A stretch of DNA of 64,000 bases from Candidatus Binatia bacterium (GTDB lineage: Bacteria > Desulfobacterota > Binatia > HRBIN30), in assembly GCA_038245295.1 (NCBI GenBank), contig JBBRSP010000012.1, forward strand, positions 96,001 through 160,000. Reading direction: 5' to 3'. A program made the position numbers and the translations under genes. This document shows, piece after piece, positions 59,108 through 64,000 of this stretch (positions are counted from its first letter, which is position 1; each line of letters begins with the position of its first letter). The notes below the pieces were generated by a model. That model made no database searches. It saw only the letters and a list, made by a program, of their open reading frames with translations, and had not been told where the DNA came from.

Positions 59108-61678
59108 TTACGACGCTCGGACCTCCAGTGGGCTGGGGGCCGGGTCGCTCCCGCGCATGTTTTCGAGGTGCCGCAGCATAAGCCTGGCGAGGGCATCTAC
59201 ATTAGGGGGTTCCAGAACCGTCTGATGATGCCCCGGAACGAAATGAACCTCCACGTCCGGGTTGACGGATTGCCAGCCAAGGCCGCGTTCCGCGACATAA
59301 CCTTCCGGGTCCTCCATCGCCTGGAACAACACAATGGGCCCATCGTACGGTGCGGGGGAATGGCTATGGCGGAGCACACGTCGCAGGTAGGCTTCGCGCT
59401 GAAGGTGTCGCGAGAGTGTGTCGTCTCGCTCCATAGGGCGCTGCCGTCCGACGCGCTGACGTCGCATCCGCCAAGCCTGGCGCAGATACCGGCGACCGCC
59501 TCCCACGATCCGTCTTCCATGTATCCAAAGCCACCCCAGCCATTGATGACGCAGACTGCCGGCCAGCACGACATCGATCACCGCCAAGATTGGCACCAGT
59601 TCCCCTGCCGCCCGCAGTTGGCGTGCGGCTTCCAGGGCGACTCGACCTCCAAACGAGAAACCCATCAAACAGTATGGCCCGAGCGGTTGGATGGCGCGGA
59701 TCGCGGCGACATGCTCGCGCGCCAGGTCCTCGACGCATCGCGGCAGCGCGTCGCTACGCTCAGCGACGTAATCAACGACGCCCGGCGTCGTCACGGCGTA
59801 CAAGACGGCGGCGGTGTCGAGGCTCTGCGCCAGCGGCCGACAACGCTGCCCCGAATACAAACAGAACACATTTGGCGACGCGCCCGCCCCGGGTCCGCTG
59901 CTCAGCCGCACCACATTCGGCGGCAGCTTGGATCGGAGCGCGACGTCACTGCCGCCACCCATGAGATAGCGATGGAAGTCGGTCAGGGTGGGATGGTCGT
60001 ACACGCTGCTGAGCGGTGCCTCGATACCTGTCGCCACGCGCAGCTCGGACAGCATTTCGATGGCCCGCAAGGAATGGCCGCCGGCGTCGAAGAAGTGTGT
60101 TTCAGGGCCGACCGCCGACCGAAGAGCGACACGCCAGATGTCGCTCAGAGTGGCCAGTTCCACATTCGCCACCTGAACGCCGACGCTCGATTGCTCCCCC
60201 CACTGCGAGCGCAGCTCCTGGCGCAGCACCTTTCCGAGCGTGTTGCGCGGCAACTGCGCCACCACGAGGATCTGCCGCGGAGCACGCAACCCACCCAACT
60301 GCTCGACGCAATGGCGATGCAGCTCGGCCATATCGACCGGCGACACAAGCTCGACGAAGGCAACGGCGTCTTCTCCGAGGATCAAATCCACGATACCAAC
60401 CGCAGCCGCCGCAGCGACAGCCGGATGCGAAGTCAGTACCGCCTCAATCTCCTGCGGCGCGATCTTCGTGCCGCCCTTGTTGATGACGTCCACCTCGCGC
60501 GCCACCAGGCGCACGAAGCCGTTGGCATCGATGATCGCGCGGTCACCCGTCTTCAGCCAGCCATTACTTGCCAGCGTTTGCTGCGTCAGCGCGGCATCCT
60601 TCCAAAATCCCCGCATCACACTCGATCCACGAATGCTCAGAACCCCCGCCTCACCTACGTCCAGCACCGTTCCATCGGAGGCGCTGACTCGGACTTCGAA
60701 GGCCTTCGCCCGTCCGACGGAGCCAAGGCGTCGCTCGTGCCGAGACAGCGGATTCAAGAACACAAACCCCGCTTCCGTAACCCCCATCCCCTGCACCAAC
60801 AGCAGGACAAAGCGGCGTTCGAAGGTTTCGTGGTCGATGTCCGACAGGTACGCCGACGAGGATTTCACGAAGCGCACGTGCCGACGTACGTCCTTGGGTG
60901 GCTGCACCTCCGATCGCAGGAGCTGGGTGACCATTGCCGGCACCAAAGGCAGCCAGGTGCATCGATAACGAACCACCCACTCCCACCACTCGCGTGGCTC
61001 GAAGCGGCGGGGCAGGACGATCGAGCTACGACTCTGGATGACTCCAAACAAGGAGCCAAGGGCATTCGAGTGATAGAGCGGCATCACGCACAAGAGGCGA
61101 TCCTCGGCCGTCAGTTCATGGTAAGCGGCCGCATTCTTGGCGAACGCCAACAGCTGCCGGTGAGTGAACGTCGCCCCCTTGCGCGCGCCTGTGGTCCCGG
61201 AAGTGTAGACCACGAGCCCATCCATCTCCGGATCGAAGAGAGCCTGCACCGGGGCCTCCCAAGCGGGAGGTGACGGCGCGTCGACATCCCACCCAGCGAT
61301 GTCGGATAGCGGCCCGAGGCGAGCCAAGGTGTTGGACTCCGCCAGAACCCACTTGACCTCTGAATGCCGCACCAGCTTGGCCAAAGAGTCCACCGCATCG
61401 TGGGGCGACAGTGGCACCAAGCGCCATCCTCCCAACGCCGCCGCCAAGATGATTAATACCGTCACCGGTCGGTTCGGAAGAATGAGGGCAACCCCGTCGC
61501 CGACCCCAACGCCGCGCGACGCCGCCAACGCAACCCAGCCCCTGGCTCTCGCCAAGGCTTCCGCATAGGTTAACGATATGCCGGTCTCAGCTTCGATCAG
61601 CAGCGGTGCGTTCGCGTTCTCCTGTACCGCAGCGAGGAACACGTCGGCCAGGCAGGATGGCGGAGTCGATGCACACAT
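59108..61678 (-). CDS. stand-alone NRPS-like protein: acyl-adenylation domain - PCP - thioesterase
   Basis: YTSGTTGARKG, GVTEAG, LKTGD, LPRNTLGK; FFDAGGHSL (Ppant Ser); GPY.L.GFSFGG, PG.H. Confidence 0.9.
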   Translation of the reverse strand: MCASTPPSCLADVFLAAVQENANAPLLIEAETGISLTYAEALARARGWVALAASRGVGVGDGVALILPNRPVTVLIILAAALGGWRLVPLSPHDAVDSLAKLVRHSEVKWVLAESNTLARLGPLSDIAGWDVDAPSPPAWEAPVQALFDPEMDGLVVYTSGTTGARKGATFTHRQLLAFAKNAAAYHELTAEDRLLCVMPLYHSNALGSLFGVIQSRSSIVLPRRFEPREWWEWVVRYRCTWLPLVPAMVTQLLRSEVQPPKDVRRHVRFVKSSSAYLSDIDHETFERRFVLLLVQGMGVTEAGFVFLNPLSRHERRLGSVGRAKAFEVRVSASDGTVLDVGEAGVLSIRGSSVMRGFWKDAALTQQTLASNGWLKTGDRAIIDANGFVRLVAREVDVINKGGTKIAPQEIEAVLTSHPAVAAAAAVGIVDLILGEDAVAFVELVSPVDMAELHRHCVEQLGGLRAPRQILVVAQLPRNTLGKVLRQELRSQWGEQSSVGVQVANVELATLSDIWRVALRSAVGPETHFFDAGGHSLRAIEMLSELRVATGIEAPLSSVYDHPTLTDFHRYLMGGGSDVALRSKLPPNVVRLSSGPGAGASPNVFCLYSGQRCRPLAQSLDTAAVLYAVTTPGVVDYVAERSDALPRCVEDLAREHVAAIRAIQPLGPYCLMGFSFGGRVALEAARQLRAAGELVPILAVIDVVLAGSLRHQWLGWLWIHGRRIVGGGRRYLRQAWRMRRQRVGRQRPMERDDTLSRHLQREAYLRRVLRHSHSPAPYDGPIVLFQAMEDPEGYVAERGLGWQSVNPDVEVHFVPGHHQTVLEPPNVDALARLMLRHLENMRGSDPAPSPLEVRAS

Positions 61679-61732
61679 CAGCCTCGCAGATCTATCGAGT
61701 CTGCAACGCCGTTGAAAGCGCCGGGTTTACCT

Positions 61733-62368
61733 ATGGACTACCTCGTCGCCCTTGAGGCCCTGAGTGGAAACTGGAACAGCCTCCCCGCCGCGGAACGAGC
61801 CGTCGTCCAGTCGGCCGGCGAGATCCGTCGACGTGAGTTCGCCACCGGTCGAATCGTCGCCCGTCGACTGCTCACCGCCCTCGGTGCTCGGCCGGGCCCC
61901 TTGTTGCCGGCGGAATCGGGCGCACCCTCATGGCCTGCCGGCTACACAGGATCAATCGCGCATTCTCGATCGGCATGCCTCGTCGTCGTGGCCCGCCGCG
62001 GCCTGGTGGAAGCGCTTGGTGTCGACATCGAAGATGTCCACCCAATCGCCCCGGCAACCTGGCCGCTGATTCTGACAGACACAGAGCACCGAGGCCTCGA
62101 GGCGAACAACCAGGCTGCCGGCCTCTCTGTCTTGCGCTCTTTTTGCGCCAAGGAAGCGGCGTTCAAAAGCGGAATCTGGCCGGACGAGCGCCGATTCGAA
62201 CCGCGCCACTTCGAGATCAGCTGGGAGGCCAACGAAATGTTCTCGGCGCGCAACGGCCATCGAAGCTGTCGCGGCCAGCTTTTGCGCACGGCGCAGTGGC
62301 TGTGCGCCGTCGTCTTGAGCCCAGCATGCGCCGCAAGCCGGCGGGAAGGAGCGTTCGACGTTGCCTGA
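61733..62368 (+). CDS. EntD-type 4'-phosphopantetheinyl transferase
   Basis: RRREF..GR..AR, GAP.WP.G..GSI.HS, LGVDIE, FCAKEA.FK; start 61733 (ATG) or 61712 (TTG). Confidence 0.88.
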   Translation: MDYLVALEALSGNWNSLPAAERAVVQSAGEIRRREFATGRIVARRLLTALGARPGPLLPAESGAPSWPAGYTGSIAHSRSACLVVVARRGLVEALGVDIEDVHPIAPATWPLILTDTEHRGLEANNQAAGLSVLRSFCAKEAAFKSGIWPDERRFEPRHFEISWEANEMFSARNGHRSCRGQLLRTAQWLCAVVLSPACAASRREGAFDVA

Positions 62369-63980
62369 TCGCCGGCCTGCCGAAGATGGTGAGTCGCTCG
62401 ACCGGCTTATCGCCGGCCTCTCTGATCCACGCTGTTACGCGTCGCGGCCGCAACGGGTCGAGGTTATGCAGACGCATATCTCCTGCGTCTTCCTGGCCGG
62501 AGACGACGTTTACAAGGTCAAGAAGCCGGTCCACTTCTCCTTCCTCGACTTCTCTACCCTCGAACGGCGGCGCCATTTCTGCCACGAGGAGGTCCATCTC
62601 AACCGCCGTCTCGCCGCATCGATCTACCACGGTGTCGTGGCGATTGTTCGCGACGGCGGCGGCTATCGCATTGCGGAAGCGTCACATCCACAGGCGGTGG
62701 AATACGCCGTCCATATGCAGCGCTTACCGCGCGGACGCCGGCTCGACGAGCTGATCACCAGCAATCAAGTCGAACCAGGCATGATTGATCAGCTGGTGCG
62801 ACGACTGATCCGCTTTCACGCCGAAGCTCCAAGTAATCCCACCATCACCGCCAACGGCACACCCGCGGCGATCTGGGCCATCCTCAACGACAACTTCACC
62901 AACGGCCGCCGCTTCCGCGGCAGGACCCTGGAGGAACACGAGAACACGTTGATCGAGTCGGTGACGCGACGCTTCCTCGACTGCAACACCGCGCTCCTCG
63001 AGCAACGTCAACAGCAAGGGCGTATCCGCGATTGCCATGGCGATCTGCACGCCGATCACATTTGTTTTGGCGACGAGTTGTTGATCGTCGACTGCATCGA
63101 GTTCAACACGCAGTTCCGTTACATCGACGTTGCTTCCGAGGTCGCCTTCCTGGCGATGGACCTCGACTACCTCGGACGCCACGACCTAAGCCGCCACTTC
63201 GTCGAGCGGTATGCCGAGATGGCCGCCGATCCGGGCGTTCTGGCATTGTTGCCGTTCTATGGCTGCTACCGCGCCTATGTGCGCGGCAAGGTCGACAGCC
63301 TGAAGACCGAAGAAACGGAGCTCAGCGACGACGATCGACAGAAGACAGTCGACAGCGCGCGCCGCCGCTTCGCGCTGTCGTATCGCTACGCCTGGAGCCT
63401 GGAGCCGTTGCTGATCGTTGTGATGGGGCCGAGCGGCAGCGGCAAATCAACCCTGGCCGAACAGCTCAGCCAACGTCTCGGCTTCGCCCATCTGAATTCG
63501 GATCTGATCCGCAAACAACTCGCCGGTGTGCCGGCGACACAACGCCTCACCGATGCCAAGGGTGAGAGTCTGTACCAACCAGAATACTCGCGCCGCACCT
63601 ATGGCGAGCTGCACACGCGCGCCGCCGCCGCACTCGACCAAGGCAACGGTGTCATCGTCGACGCTACCTTCCTGCATCGTCGGGAGCGGGACGCCATTAC
63701 TACCATTGCCACCACAGGCGGCCACCGCATCGTCTTCGTGGTCTGCCGCGGCAGCGAAGAAACCTTGCGGCAACGCCTCGCCGAGCGCGCCAAGCGTGAC
63801 GATTCACCCTCCGATGCCACTTGGGAAATCTACCAACAGCAGATGTCCGGCTACGAACCTCTGCAGGGCGAAGAGCTGGAACACGCCATCAACGCCGGCA
63901 CCAACGCCGACATGGAGTCCGTGCGCCAAGAAGTTGAGCGTGCCCTGGTGGCATTCGCCATCTCCCCAAAAGACGTCTGA
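62361..63980 (+). CDS. bifunctional aminoglycoside-phosphotransferase-like kinase / P-loop kinase (Rv2004c-like)
   Basis: THIS, YKVKKPV.F.FLDFSTL.RR..FC.EE..LNRRLA, DCHGDLH, DCIEFN; GPSGSGKST, SD..RK.L, DATF, SDA. Confidence 0.92.
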   Translation: MPDRRPAEDGESLDRLIAGLSDPRCYASRPQRVEVMQTHISCVFLAGDDVYKVKKPVHFSFLDFSTLERRRHFCHEEVHLNRRLAASIYHGVVAIVRDGGGYRIAEASHPQAVEYAVHMQRLPRGRRLDELITSNQVEPGMIDQLVRRLIRFHAEAPSNPTITANGTPAAIWAILNDNFTNGRRFRGRTLEEHENTLIESVTRRFLDCNTALLEQRQQQGRIRDCHGDLHADHICFGDELLIVDCIEFNTQFRYIDVASEVAFLAMDLDYLGRHDLSRHFVERYAEMAADPGVLALLPFYGCYRAYVRGKVDSLKTEETELSDDDRQKTVDSARRRFALSYRYAWSLEPLLIVVMGPSGSGKSTLAEQLSQRLGFAHLNSDLIRKQLAGVPATQRLTDAKGESLYQPEYSRRTYGELHTRAAAALDQGNGVIVDATFLHRRERDAITTIATTGGHRIVFVVCRGSEETLRQRLAERAKRDDSPSDATWEIYQQQMSGYEPLQGEELEHAINAGTNADMESVRQEVERALVAFAISPKDV

Positions 63981-64000
63981 ACGAGTGAGCCCTTCAACCA

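Overview
High-GC bacterial chromosomal window, mostly core and metabolic genes. Gene content and the Cys-rich/Thr-Pro-rich secreted proteins suggest a deltaproteobacteria-like lineage such as Ca. Binatia (inference only). Recognisable loci: (1) a complete Anbu/CP-ATP-grasp/alpha-E/transglutaminase operon; (2) a luxE/luxC-like fatty-acid reductase pair next to a class-III aminotransferase and a Zn-ADH; (3) trmL, dtd, eno, ftsB, ravA/viaA-like, purM, rlmE, pgeF, ssb and mreBCD-mrdA-rodA; (4) tRNA-Gly(CCC) followed by a decayed islet (RAYT remnant, arsC remnant, arsD, and arsA split by an intact 2861-bp IS21-family element); (5) a stand-alone adenylation-PCP-thioesterase gene divergent from an EntD-type PPTase. 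Most notable observations: a secreted protein whose C-terminal ~490 aa resembles the full two-barrel BPI/LBP/CETP lipid-transfer fold; an unannotated self-contained transcription unit encoding a 24-aa histone-H1-like Lys-rich peptide with 5'-3' UTR complementarity; a 57-aa poly-Asp microprotein; a 46-aa membrane microprotein with its own promoter; sigma54-type promoters before the Anbu operon and a BBP2 porin; and a long nested hairpin in the IS21 3' non-coding region. All assignments come from motif reading; no searches were run.
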